Shown here piece by piece: positions 17,873-27,798 of a DNA stretch of 64,000 nucleotides. Below the pieces are notes generated by a model. The model did no database searches. It was not told where the DNA came from and was given only the letters and a program-made list of their open reading frames with translations. Made by a program: the position numbers and the translations under genes. The DNA comes from a virus. Position 1 is the first letter of the stretch. Each line of letters begins with the position of its first letter. The DNA lies in IMG/VR virus record IMGVR_UViG_3300029957_000007, positions 58,759-122,758 of that record; one strand, written 5' to 3'.

Positions 17873-19432
17873 ATGTCACTCACTGTTTATCCAGCAGCAT
17901 TTGATCAGTTTCCAGAACGTGTTGATGGGCCAGGTCAATGGATCATGGCTGAACACGTAAACTTCATTCAAGACGCTGTCACATCAATTGAACAGATCCT
18001 TGGTACCAATCCACAAGGATCCTATTCAACTGTGTCCGCAAGAATTGCTGCAGCTGGCGGTGGTGGTGAAGGAACTCGTTTAGTGAGAGAGAGCTTTTCA
18101 GTTGCTCATTCAAACAGCGAAGTTGCTTTGACGCTTCATTACACACCATTGGCCATCGAATCGTTCACTGCGTTCATGAACAATCTCTATGTTCAAGAGA
18201 CGTTCTTCCAATTGCTTGTAGGAAATAGCAGTGGATATATGTCATTTGACACGGTCACTGGAAACATTTTGTTGGTTCCAAACTACAATGGCGTCAATGA
18301 GATCAATCAGATTCTGCAAATAGAGCCAAGTGGAAAGATCTCGGCTCTTTGTGGCAATGGCACGACTGGGTTTTCAGGAGATGGTGGATTAGCAATCAAC
18401 GCTCAATTCAATAATCTTCAATGTGTGAAAGCGTATCCAACAGCGATATTCGTTCTTGATGCAGGAAATAATCGGATCAGAAAAATCGATAGATCAACTG
18501 GTATTGTGACAACTGTCGCTGGCAATGGATCTAACGGTACCACTGGTGATGGTGGACAAGCAACATCAGCTTCAATAAACCCAGGTGATTTAGCATGGGA
18601 CCCAGCCAGAAATTTTCTTTACATGGGTTCATATACGAACATGCGAAAAGTCGATCTAAACACAGGCGTCATAGATAGATTTGCTGGGATATACAATTCT
18701 TCTGGATATTCTGGTGATGGTGGCCAAGCGCTTTCTGCTACATTTACTTTTTGCAATAGCATAGCTATAGACAGCCATGGCAATGTTTATTTCAGCGATC
18801 TATCAAGCGCTGTGATAAGAAAGATCACACAAACTACCAACATCATAACTAAATATGCTGGTGGTAATGGCCAAGGCTACAATGGTGATGGTGTCGCTGT
18901 CAATGTCGAGATCAATACAGCATTTGCATTGACATTTTCAAGTGGTGATGTTTTGTACTTCGTCGATGAAGGTAACGACATCATCAGAAAAATAGATCCA
19001 GGCACTGGGCATATCATAACAATTACCGGTACTCCGTTACAATCTGCGGCTAACGGTTATGGCCCGTGGCCGATGCCAATTACGACACCACAAACAGTAG
19101 CTGGCATTGCATTTGATGAAACAAACAACAAGATTTACGTAAATGAAAACAACACTGGCTTCGGCATCTTCGATCTTACAGCTGGAACGTGGGATATTTT
19201 TGCAAAAGGCGCTACGATGTCTATCTCTACAAATAAAAAGACATCACAATGGCCAGTGCTTCCAGATGCAACTGAATATGCCAATGTCAAAGATGCACTT
19301 CAAAAGTACTCTCTACAAAATGGCGTGTTCTATCCAGGCGCTGGGAAGGTTGTGAATGCATTTTCAAAGATCGCTCCATTCTATTCAATTGACACGTACC
19401 ACGTTTCATACCTCACGAACGACGCTCCATAG
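17873..19432 (+). CDS. NHL-repeat beta-propeller protein with N-terminal virion-anchoring segment
   Basis: Three GDGGxAxxA blades plus GYNGDG, each followed by IRKID-type strands; N-terminal YP..FD.F..RVDG...IMAEHVN.IQDAV..IE motif. Confidence 0.75.
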   Translation: MSLTVYPAAFDQFPERVDGPGQWIMAEHVNFIQDAVTSIEQILGTNPQGSYSTVSARIAAAGGGGEGTRLVRESFSVAHSNSEVALTLHYTPLAIESFTAFMNNLYVQETFFQLLVGNSSGYMSFDTVTGNILLVPNYNGVNEINQILQIEPSGKISALCGNGTTGFSGDGGLAINAQFNNLQCVKAYPTAIFVLDAGNNRIRKIDRSTGIVTTVAGNGSNGTTGDGGQATSASINPGDLAWDPARNFLYMGSYTNMRKVDLNTGVIDRFAGIYNSSGYSGDGGQALSATFTFCNSIAIDSHGNVYFSDLSSAVIRKITQTTNIITKYAGGNGQGYNGDGVAVNVEINTAFALTFSSGDVLYFVDEGNDIIRKIDPGTGHIITITGTPLQSAANGYGPWPMPITTPQTVAGIAFDETNNKIYVNENNTGFGIFDLTAGTWDIFAKGATMSISTNKKTSQWPVLPDATEYANVKDALQKYSLQNGVFYPGAGKVVNAFSKIAPFYSIDTYHVSYLTNDAP

Positions 19433-19435
19433 GAG

Positions 19436-19642
19436 TTGAAAATGGGAGCTTACGGTAAATCACCATATGGTGTGGCAGCGTATGGTGTTGACACAACGGC
19501 TGTCAAAAGAATTCTCACTTTAAGCTGGGATGTTAAAAGCTCCATACCAGCGACAACACCGAAGCTCCCAGTCGTGAGTGATATCCTTCAGCGACCCCAA
19601 ACACCAGAACTCACTGGTCTTGAGAAGAGAGGCGAACGATGA
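19436..19642 (+). CDS. Small hypothetical protein with YGxxxYGxxxYG motif
   Basis: GGAG RBS; start TTG 19436 or ATG 19442; ATGA overlap with the next gene. Confidence 0.5.
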   Translation: MKMGAYGKSPYGVAAYGVDTTAVKRILTLSWDVKSSIPATTPKLPVVSDILQRPQTPELTGLEKRGER

Positions 19643-20391
19643 GCGTCGTGGTTTCTTGGATTCCACCTGATCAGATCCTCGACATCGGTGAGAAGAACAC
19701 CGTTGTTAGAGTCATGATCAATCGTTCGCCTCTAGCTGGCGGACCATTCGCAAATATTGCGAACGTCGATGCCGTCGATCAGACCGGCTGCAAAGTCACG
19801 ATGTTTGAAGATCTTGACGGGACTCTTGACCATTGGTATACCATTCAATTCCAGAATCAAACTGGTCAAGTGAGTGCACCAACAGCACCAGGTCAAGCTG
19901 GTTACATAGATAAGAAATACGAGATGCTTCAAGATGTGAGATACCGATTGTTTGATTTTGATCCGACGAAATATCGTCTTGATGACGAGACTTTCATTTG
20001 GGTCACAGGACAATTGAACTCATTCCTGCAACAAGCTCTCAATCGCGTCAATCAAACGCCTCCTCGCTTAACCAATCTCAGTTTTGAAGATCAGGTGCTT
20101 CCAACTGAATTGGTCAAGGACTGGACAGTGTTTTACGCATTGAAGTCGAGAGCTATCTTGGAGAACTTCAATGCCTTCCAATTTAGCGATGGCGTCAGCT
20201 TGACATATGAACGTGCTTCGAAGCTTTTTCAAGCTTCTGATGGTACGTTCAGCAACATTGATACAGCTACTCAAAGATGGAAGAGAGCTTATCGCCCAAG
20301 AGCCATTGGCTTCGGTACGAGCAGACTTCCATTCCGTGTTCTTCGTCCGCTCAGCTTCCTGCCTAACATGAAGAATGTGTTCGGCATCTAG
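19639..20391 (+). CDS. Head-tail adaptor/neck protein (N-terminal Ig-like domain)
   Basis: Position; LQDVRYRLFD...LQQALNRVNQTPP...FSDGVSLTYER helical adaptor-like region. Confidence 0.55.
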   Translation: MSVVVSWIPPDQILDIGEKNTVVRVMINRSPLAGGPFANIANVDAVDQTGCKVTMFEDLDGTLDHWYTIQFQNQTGQVSAPTAPGQAGYIDKKYEMLQDVRYRLFDFDPTKYRLDDETFIWVTGQLNSFLQQALNRVNQTPPRLTNLSFEDQVLPTELVKDWTVFYALKSRAILENFNAFQFSDGVSLTYERASKLFQASDGTFSNIDTATQRWKRAYRPRAIGFGTSRLPFRVLRPLSFLPNMKNVFGI

Positions 20392-20399
20392 AGGTGAAC

Positions 20400-20867
20400 A
20401 TGTCTACAGCTTTCCCAAATGGCATCGACACCTTTAATGATAAGGTGGATGAAGATGTCCCACAAGAAGAAACACAATCCATTCCGGCGACCACACCATT
20501 CACAATCCAACTAGGTGAAAAGCCTAAGGGCCCATCACGTGGAACGAATGGTGTGATCAACTCTTCTACTGTCTTTGTCTTCGGATTCAAAGAGGTAGAA
20601 GGTACACCGCAGGTGAAAGGTCAATACAACGTCGACTACAATTCAGGCATTGTGACCTTTCATCCTGACAACAAGAGTCAAACGATCACAGTGCAGTATC
20701 TCACGGCTGGTGATCCAATCACTGCAGAGGACTTCAATACTGTTCAAGATGCGATAGTTGCTCTTGAACAGTTTTGCCTTGCTCCATATCTGAAAGACGT
20801 GAACAACGTCAAGTGGTACTTAAAGGTAGATGCAACTGGCGCTCTCTTCACGAGCAACCAACCATGA
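20400..20867 (+). CDS. Virion structural protein with split anchor motif
   Basis: GAGGTG RBS favours ATG 20400; FPNGIDTF.DKVD...ITAEDFNTVQDAIVALE resembles the N-terminus of 17873. Confidence 0.55.
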   Translation: MSTAFPNGIDTFNDKVDEDVPQEETQSIPATTPFTIQLGEKPKGPSRGTNGVINSSTVFVFGFKEVEGTPQVKGQYNVDYNSGIVTFHPDNKSQTITVQYLTAGDPITAEDFNTVQDAIVALEQFCLAPYLKDVNNVKWYLKVDATGALFTSNQP

Positions 20868-23776
20868 AGACGATCAAGATCTTGGCACTATTGTTGATGG
20901 CCGTTGTGTCTTCAGCAATAGCTATGCCAACACAAACATCTCCAGTAGCCACAGTCAACTTCACTGGTGATGGTACTGGCAACTACATCGACTTTATGAC
21001 TGGATCTGGTTCTAACAGAGTCCTGATCGTAACGTCAACACAGTACGATCCATCACTGACTACGCTGACCAGTGTAACTTGGAATGGCTTGCCATTGACA
21101 AAGTACATTGACAGACATCACACTGATGGAATCAGCTATGCAAATGTTGAGTTTTGGTATTTGCTGAATCCACCAGCGAATACTGATGCTCACGTGTTGT
21201 TTAACTACAGTAATAGCGCTGGTTCATATCTCATTGGAGCCATCGAATATTCTGGTTGCAATACTGGATCTCCATTCCTTCAAAACGCAAATGATGAAGG
21301 AGTAGGCACAAACAGCACTATCTCGATGTTTCCAGCATCTGGCGATAGCCTTATGTTGGATGCTGTTATATCGAATGGTGGACCAGGCTCGGTTTCTCCA
21401 GCTGGATTCCTTGGCACTATATACAACTCTTCATTTTTCTCGAATGCAGCTGCTGGCGCTTTGGAATGGTCAACGCCTTCAGGCTTTTCATACGCATCAA
21501 ATTTTGGTTCAAATTCAAACTATGAAAATGTGTTAGTAGAACTTGCTCCAGCACCAGCACCAATTGCTGGCATCAATGGTCTCTACTATGGTGATGCGTC
21601 TGGCGGTCAGATACATGACTACTCGAACAATGGCAATGATCTGACGATGTACGGGACTGTTGCTAACCCATCGTCACCAACACCTCCGCAAGGTGATCAT
21701 TGGCTTGGTGGTGACAATTGGTCTACAACAAACTACATGACGGTTCCAACTGTTGTGTACAACAACGGTCAAGGTTCAATTGGCTTCTGGTTTCGACAAA
21801 CGATTCCAGCGACAGGTCAAGTCAATAAGTTCATCATGAGAATTGGTGGAACAGATCTAAGCTCCAATCCAATTGAGATCATGAGGATCTCGTACATAAA
21901 CGATCAAACGTCACTGCATTATATTGAGATTCCAAGATACACAACGGGATCTTGTACTCTCAATGGTTACATAGCTGCGAATTTCAATTCAATAAATACC
22001 AATCACTACTTCAGATACGAATGGGGTTCATTCGGCGCAAGACTCCGAATGGATGGCGTTGTAGTAAGCTCAACTACTGTGCAGAATGGAGCTATTTCAA
22101 CTGTCACTGACATTGAGATTGGTGGTTATCCACCTGGTACTTTCCCAATGTGCTATGGCAGTACACCAATCGGTTGGATTGGATTGCTTGATGGTGTGAT
22201 GTTTAGCAGCGATCCAAATCAACTTGATCCTAGCGGTCCGACTGCTACACCAACGTATTCTGTGTCGCCTACAATTTCGGCGACACCATCGAATACACCT
22301 TCACCAACATCAACACCAACATCAACACCATCGAATACACCAACGATCACTCCAACTGCTCTTTATGCAGATGCTGATCAATACAATGTGAACACAGCGT
22401 TCATGTTGAATGGAAGTCTTGCAACTCAGCCATACAATATCTCTTTGGCTGTGAGCTTCTATCCAAATCAGATTGGGCCACAAAGTAAGGTGTGGCTCTA
22501 TCTGAAGAGGATAGGGATTGGAATGGCAATTGGGAATCTTCAATTGCGTATCCATCAGAATGATTCGAGTAGTGGAACAGATAAACCACTTGGACAAGGA
22601 ACTATCATCGGTGCAATTCCAGCATCATCTGTGCCAACGTCATATCAATACATGACATTCACGGTGATGACGAATTCTGTCTCCCTGATTCCAGGTCAGA
22701 AGTACTGGATGTCATTGTCCAAAGCAACACCTTCAATCGACGCATCTAATTACGTTCAATGGCGATTGAACAACGTGAACACATTCCCATCAGTTCAAGG
22801 GAATGGAACATACACAAATGCTGGTTGGATCTTGATCTCGCCGGATTTCATGTTCGTTGATTACTCGACGAATACATCTCCAACGATCACTCAGACATGG
22901 ACATCAACATCAACTGTGTCTCCAACACCAAGCATTACTCAAACGTTCACGTTCACGAATACGAAGACAGTGACACTCACTCGTTCACCAACGCCAACAT
23001 CAAGTCCAACAGCTACTAGCACGGTGACGCTCACTTCTTCACCAACGCCAACAAGCACGAAGTCGCCAACTATTACGAAGACAGCGACAGCGACACCAAC
23101 GCTTCCAGGAACATATACTGACACGCCGACATTGACAGTCACAAGAACCCTGGTAGCAACAAAGACCTGGACGATGTCGTCAACGCCAAGTTCGACGATC
23201 AGTCCAACATTCACATTGTCGTCTACACGTACCATCACAAAGACGAAGACTGTGACACCAACATATACAGCAACACCAACTGCAACGCCAACTGCAACGC
23301 CAACCAATTCACCGACAAGAACAATCACAGCCACATACACGTCGAGTCCGACAATTTCTCCGACATTCACAGCAAGTCCGAATTTGTCGAGTACTCAAAC
23401 GCAAACAGTTACACCGTCGGCAACGCCAACGATCACGGCAACATTTACGATCACGGCGACATTTACATCGTCACCAACTGCAACACCTTCATGCACACCA
23501 ATCATCAATCACGTCTATGTCAATCCAGCGAATTATCTCCTTGGTGTTGCTGCATTTAGCAATGTGTCGGTTGTGACACAAACATTGAGCGGATTGAACC
23601 GTTGGTTGCCATCAACGTACTTGGTGACAGTGACTGCTCAAACTTATGATGCATCAACGTTCTATCAGATCACAAATGGAACGAAGCAGTTCACAATCAC
23701 AGCAATCGATACAGGAACTTCACTACCAAAGACGGTGACAGCTAACGTCAATTGGACAGCGAGGATCTTGTACTAG
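20864..23776 (+). CDS. Signal-peptide multidomain protein: beta-sandwich, LamG, Thr/Pro-rich linkers, C-terminal small domain
   Basis: ATGA overlap gives start 20864; MKTIKILALLLMAVVSSAIA signal; LamG-like GSIGFWF...DIEIGG...LLDGVMFS; over 200 aa of T/P/S repeats. Confidence 0.7.
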   Translation: MKTIKILALLLMAVVSSAIAMPTQTSPVATVNFTGDGTGNYIDFMTGSGSNRVLIVTSTQYDPSLTTLTSVTWNGLPLTKYIDRHHTDGISYANVEFWYLLNPPANTDAHVLFNYSNSAGSYLIGAIEYSGCNTGSPFLQNANDEGVGTNSTISMFPASGDSLMLDAVISNGGPGSVSPAGFLGTIYNSSFFSNAAAGALEWSTPSGFSYASNFGSNSNYENVLVELAPAPAPIAGINGLYYGDASGGQIHDYSNNGNDLTMYGTVANPSSPTPPQGDHWLGGDNWSTTNYMTVPTVVYNNGQGSIGFWFRQTIPATGQVNKFIMRIGGTDLSSNPIEIMRISYINDQTSLHYIEIPRYTTGSCTLNGYIAANFNSINTNHYFRYEWGSFGARLRMDGVVVSSTTVQNGAISTVTDIEIGGYPPGTFPMCYGSTPIGWIGLLDGVMFSSDPNQLDPSGPTATPTYSVSPTISATPSNTPSPTSTPTSTPSNTPTITPTALYADADQYNVNTAFMLNGSLATQPYNISLAVSFYPNQIGPQSKVWLYLKRIGIGMAIGNLQLRIHQNDSSSGTDKPLGQGTIIGAIPASSVPTSYQYMTFTVMTNSVSLIPGQKYWMSLSKATPSIDASNYVQWRLNNVNTFPSVQGNGTYTNAGWILISPDFMFVDYSTNTSPTITQTWTSTSTVSPTPSITQTFTFTNTKTVTLTRSPTPTSSPTATSTVTLTSSPTPTSTKSPTITKTATATPTLPGTYTDTPTLTVTRTLVATKTWTMSSTPSSTISPTFTLSSTRTITKTKTVTPTYTATPTATPTATPTNSPTRTITATYTSSPTISPTFTASPNLSSTQTQTVTPSATPTITATFTITATFTSSPTATPSCTPIINHVYVNPANYLLGVAAFSNVSVVTQTLSGLNRWLPSTYLVTVTAQTYDASTFYQITNGTKQFTITAIDTGTSLPKTVTANVNWTARILY

Positions 23777-23796
23777 CCATTCGCTCTGGATCAGTG

Positions 23797-24684
23797 ATGT
23801 CTACCAAATTTGGGACCTCACGGTTCGGCACTTCTGTCTTTTCAGAGGTGCCGGACCAGAGCGGTGTAGTTGTACAACCAGAAAGCTACACCCCAAAGCA
23901 TTCAAAATTCTTCACGCCAAAAATGGCGAAAGAGATCAGGCGTCGCCACAACATGGCTGTGAAGAATTGGGGCACTGAATATGTGCTCTATTCTAGAAAG
24001 CTGAATGGTGAGCATCTGACCTTCAAGATCTCGGAGTTTGATACCACGAGTCCATACAGCAAGACCATTTGGACTCGTGGTGTTGGGCGCAATGCGAATT
24101 TCGGACATCCAAACACACAGAAACTTGTCGTGAAGGCCAATGGTCTTTTCTTATCTCAAGTGAATGATGAGAAAGCGCTGTTTGGGACCTTCTCATTCTA
24201 CATCAAAGTGATGCAGGACAAGTCGATCGTGTTGCTATTCAGTCCAAACTTCGATCCAACTGGCAAGTTGATCGTTGTAGAATATGATTCCATTTGCCAT
24301 TGTACAGACCCAGTCTCAATGCAGTCTTCAAATCCAAGATGTCCGCTCTGTTTTGGTACCACCTTTGAAGGTGGCTATGATCGTTACTACAATCCAGAAC
24401 ATCCATTTGGTTACGTGAGCATCAGAAAGCGCTTCAGTGCAAGAGCTCAACAGTTGAAGGAACAAGGCTTCGCTGTTTCTAACCAAGCAGAATTCTGGAC
24501 GATCCCAGAACCAGGCATGAAGGATAAGGACATCGTTGAGCAAGTGGATGGCAATGAAAAAAGCAAACGTTTCTTCATCACAAACTGGAATATGCATAAT
24601 GTTGGAGTGCATGATACATCGCAGGTTTTCCAAATGACTGAACTGACGTCAACGGATCCTGCCTATGCTATGTCATTCCTATGA
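23797..24684 (+). CDS. Neck/head-completion protein with Cys cluster
   Basis: CHC...CPLCFGTTFEGGY motif seen in myovirus neck proteins; position before tail completion genes. Confidence 0.55.
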   Translation: MSTKFGTSRFGTSVFSEVPDQSGVVVQPESYTPKHSKFFTPKMAKEIRRRHNMAVKNWGTEYVLYSRKLNGEHLTFKISEFDTTSPYSKTIWTRGVGRNANFGHPNTQKLVVKANGLFLSQVNDEKALFGTFSFYIKVMQDKSIVLLFSPNFDPTGKLIVVEYDSICHCTDPVSMQSSNPRCPLCFGTTFEGGYDRYYNPEHPFGYVSIRKRFSARAQQLKEQGFAVSNQAEFWTIPEPGMKDKDIVEQVDGNEKSKRFFITNWNMHNVGVHDTSQVFQMTELTSTDPAYAMSFL

Positions 24685-25196
24685 TGGGATTCAAAGTTTC
24701 TTTGCAGATGAAAAAGAGCGCTATAGCAAAATTAGTAGTCGGTACAACACTCACTGAGGTTACGGAAAAAGCTCTTGATCTCATTAGACAAGATCTTATG
24801 CGCAACCTACAACTTGAAGCAGCTCAAGCCGACTTCAAACAGACCAGCGGCAAGTACGTTCAGTCGATCAAGGTAGAGAGAAGACGAGGCTACCTCAGGA
24901 TCTACTCAATACACCCAGCAGCGTCAGCTATTGAGTATGGCTTCAAAGAAGAGAGGCCAATGACGTGGTTGGTCACTGGTAACGCTATTGCATTCAAAAC
25001 GGAAGATGGAAAGACGATCATCAGGCACGTGACTGCTGAAATGATTGGTCGACCATCTGATCATTCTAAGTCTGGTAAGTCATGGACTTATCCGATCATG
25101 GAAGGCAAGTTCATCTTCACAAGAGCTTTGAAGAAGACAATGCCAGATGTCAGAAGACATCTTTCAAGGATCTATAAGATCATCGTAGAGGATTGA
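24681..25196 (+). CDS. Tail completion/neck protein (HK97 gp10-like)
   Basis: SGKYVQSI...A.AIEYG...P...F..AL pattern; basic composition; position. Confidence 0.5.
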   Translation: MMGFKVSLQMKKSAIAKLVVGTTLTEVTEKALDLIRQDLMRNLQLEAAQADFKQTSGKYVQSIKVERRRGYLRIYSIHPAASAIEYGFKEERPMTWLVTGNAIAFKTEDGKTIIRHVTAEMIGRPSDHSKSGKSWTYPIMEGKFIFTRALKKTMPDVRRHLSRIYKIIVED

Positions 25197-25197
25197 C

Positions 25198-25908
25198 ATG
25201 GCCAACGATCAAGCAGCTTTCGTCTTCGGTGAGCAGTTGATCCTTACTGGTGTTTCGATTTTGCAAGATGCATTTAAGAATTCCGGCTTTGAGCCAAATG
25301 CATTTAGCAAGAACGATCCAAACTGCACTGGTGAAGACAAATCCTCAGCGACAGACGAGGATGATAGGCTTTTGACATGGAACAACAACAGAGAAGAGAC
25401 TGAAGGTCTCGTGATCACAGAGAAAGAGCCATTCGACATTCAAAGATTTCCAACCATCACAACTTCGATATCCAATGGTGACATGAAGAATCTCGACTTT
25501 GGTCAGTTCATGAGACCATATGTCAAAGATGGTGTTCATGTCGGTGACGTACTTGGAGGTGGAGGTGAGTTCGATATGGTCTTCAGATGCATGGCTGAGT
25601 CCACTGCCATGAGGAAGAAGATGACAGATCGAGTGATGGCAGTCCTCTTGATCAAACGAGAGGAATTCTGGAAATATGGTGTCACACTTCAAACTGTTCG
25701 ACTCGGCGGATACAACTCAATCCCCTACATCAATAACGATAAGAGCATCTATTACTCAGACATCGTTGCGCATTGCTGGGGAGAGTGGGAATTCCCGTTC
25801 GACAAACGCCTTCCGCTACTCAAACAGTTCAAATTGGCTTTTCAACTCGTCAGAGGCCAAGTTCAAAGCTCTACAAAACTTCTCTGGAACGTTGAGAACA
25901 ATCCATAA
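25198..25908 (+). CDS. Tail terminator/completion protein
   Basis: Immediately upstream of the sheath; RFPTIT...DMVFRCMAES...KMTDRV pattern. Confidence 0.5.
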   Translation: MANDQAAFVFGEQLILTGVSILQDAFKNSGFEPNAFSKNDPNCTGEDKSSATDEDDRLLTWNNNREETEGLVITEKEPFDIQRFPTITTSISNGDMKNLDFGQFMRPYVKDGVHVGDVLGGGGEFDMVFRCMAESTAMRKKMTDRVMAVLLIKREEFWKYGVTLQTVRLGGYNSIPYINNDKSIYYSDIVAHCWGEWEFPFDKRLPLLKQFKLAFQLVRGQVQSSTKLLWNVENNP

Positions 25909-25919
25909 AGGAGGATAGC

Positions 25920-27713
25920 ATGTCAAGTCCGATCTTCAGGGATCTTGGAGTGTTTTCCAAGACCATCATCAACACCGTGCCAGTGCAGCAAGGTGGTGTA
26001 CTGGTTCCTGGCGTCATTGGCTTTGGTCGTGACTGGTTCATCGTCACTTCAGAAGCTGTGACCAAGTCGCCGTCAAGCAACAATGACAACACAGCGAATC
26101 CGATCACGAAGGTGCTCAACCGAGTGGGTGACACACCGACCAGCAGCGATTATGTGATTGGCACTGACGTGTCGATCCAATCGCCTACGCCAACTGGAGT
26201 CGTGTGGAACAACACGGTGATCTTACCTCCGACGATCACTTCATCGACTGTGATCCCCAGTGGTGGAAGCTTTGCTTCTGGAACTTGGTTCTTCGTGATC
26301 ACATCGAAGAATGCATGGGGTGAGACTATCGCTTCGACTGAAGTTGAAGTTGATATTGCTGCTGGCATTACCAACTCGATCCAGTTGAACTGGAGCCTCG
26401 TTCCCAAGGCTTCTTCGTACACTGTGTATGGCACTTTGGTGAGTGGCACCTACGGTGCGACATCATTGATCGCCACCACAGCGAACACATCTATCACGAT
26501 CACGTCCTTTGCTCCGACCGCTGGGCAACCTCCAGTTTCGAGCACTGCGTACAACAAGCCGGCTGCCAACGCGACGTTCTATGTCACGTATGACCGCTTC
26601 AAGATCGCCACCGATTACGCTCCACAGTTCGTCACATCGTTCTCAGATGTTCAGACAAGCTATGGTGGTGACACAATCAACACTGGCACTTTCAGCTCAC
26701 CAGTGTACACGCTGAATCCTCTGGGCTTGGCTGCCGATCTGATCTTTGCCAACGGTGCACAGGGCATGTACATGGTTCAGCTGAACAACGTCACAGTGAA
26801 CAACCCAGTGAACACTCTCACTCCAGCTTCAGGTGACGGTGACATTCGGAATGCTTTCAAGAATGCGCTGGCTCAGCTTGAAGGCAAGAATGTGTACTAC
26901 ATCGTCGGACTCTCAACCAACGCCAACACGAGACAAGACATCTTCAATCACGTCACGAACATGTCGAGTGAACAGCGTCGTGCAGAGCGAGTCATGTTCT
27001 ACAGCTTCCCACAGGGTGAGATCATCGGCGATCCATCAACCGGTGGAACGATGACAGGCACTGCGAAGGCCTACTCACTTTTGGGTGGAGCTTTAGCTGG
27101 TCGCATCATCTTGATCGGCAACAATCAAGGCACCAAGCAGATCGCGAATGATGATGGCTCATCGCAGACACTCACTTTGACTGGTGAGTACTTTGCTGCT
27201 GCTTTGGCTGGCAAGCAGAGTGGCATGCAGCGCATCACTTTCCCGATCAATCGCAAGCCGATCAGCGGTATCGATACAATGGTGCCGTTCAGCGAAGAGA
27301 ACAGGTTGTTCCTGCAAAACAACGGCGTGTCAGTGCTCTACTACGTCGGTGAGACGATCATCTCGGTTTCACGTCTGTTGACGTGTGCCAATGATCTGAT
27401 CGAATACCAGGAGCTCACCACTCTGCAGCAGATCGATGTTGTTGGTTCGGACATGAGACAAACACTGGAGAATATCTTCATCGTCTCCGGTGATGCCATC
27501 ATTGATGAGACCACACCGATCCTGGTTCAGAACATGGTGAATGTGATCTTGAAACGTGACAAGCAGAACAAGCTGATCAGCGATTGGTTCCCTGACTCAA
27601 CGAAAGCGACTCAGGATCCAAACACGCCGACGCTCATCAACATCACCTACAAGATGAAGTTGGTGTATCCACTGCTGAACGCCGAGATCACCCAGGTTAT
27701 CTCACTGACATAG
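25920..27713 (+). CDS. Tail sheath protein with inserted Ig/FN3-like domain
   Basis: 597 aa; GIF..T..N N-terminus; C-terminal sheath core (AAALAG...I.G......LQNNGV); insert GGSFASGTWFFVITSKNAWGET...LNWSLVPKASSYTVY. Confidence 0.85.
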   Translation: MSSPIFRDLGVFSKTIINTVPVQQGGVLVPGVIGFGRDWFIVTSEAVTKSPSSNNDNTANPITKVLNRVGDTPTSSDYVIGTDVSIQSPTPTGVVWNNTVILPPTITSSTVIPSGGSFASGTWFFVITSKNAWGETIASTEVEVDIAAGITNSIQLNWSLVPKASSYTVYGTLVSGTYGATSLIATTANTSITITSFAPTAGQPPVSSTAYNKPAANATFYVTYDRFKIATDYAPQFVTSFSDVQTSYGGDTINTGTFSSPVYTLNPLGLAADLIFANGAQGMYMVQLNNVTVNNPVNTLTPASGDGDIRNAFKNALAQLEGKNVYYIVGLSTNANTRQDIFNHVTNMSSEQRRAERVMFYSFPQGEIIGDPSTGGTMTGTAKAYSLLGGALAGRIILIGNNQGTKQIANDDGSSQTLTLTGEYFAAALAGKQSGMQRITFPINRKPISGIDTMVPFSEENRLFLQNNGVSVLYYVGETIISVSRLLTCANDLIEYQELTTLQQIDVVGSDMRQTLENIFIVSGDAIIDETTPILVQNMVNVILKRDKQNKLISDWFPDSTKATQDPNTPTLINITYKMKLVYPLLNAEITQVISLT

Positions 27714-27720
27714 TTCAACA

Positions 27721-27771
27721 GGTCGTGAAACATGATCCACTCAGGAGTCACCTGGGTGGATCTGCACGGCC
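27721..27771 (+). promoter_or_regulatory. Long intergenic hairpin between sheath and tube genes
   Basis: GATCCACTCAGG/CCTGGGTGGATC (12 bp, one G.U) extended by GGTCGTG/CACGGCC. Confidence 0.6.
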
Positions 27772-27798
27772 CCTAGAACCCACTTTTAGGAGCAAGAC

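Noticed and set aside
22939-23370. Val/Gly-rich minus-strand ORF, and the many other minus-strand or alternate-frame ORFs in the track
   Set aside because: These are shadows of + strand genes (this one is antisense to the Thr/Pro repeat); they lack RBS and motifs and are fully overlapped by better genes.
22860-23500. Repetitive DNA resembling an array
   Set aside because: It is codon-level Thr/Pro/Ser low complexity within a CDS; there is no constant repeat with unique spacers, so it is not CRISPR.
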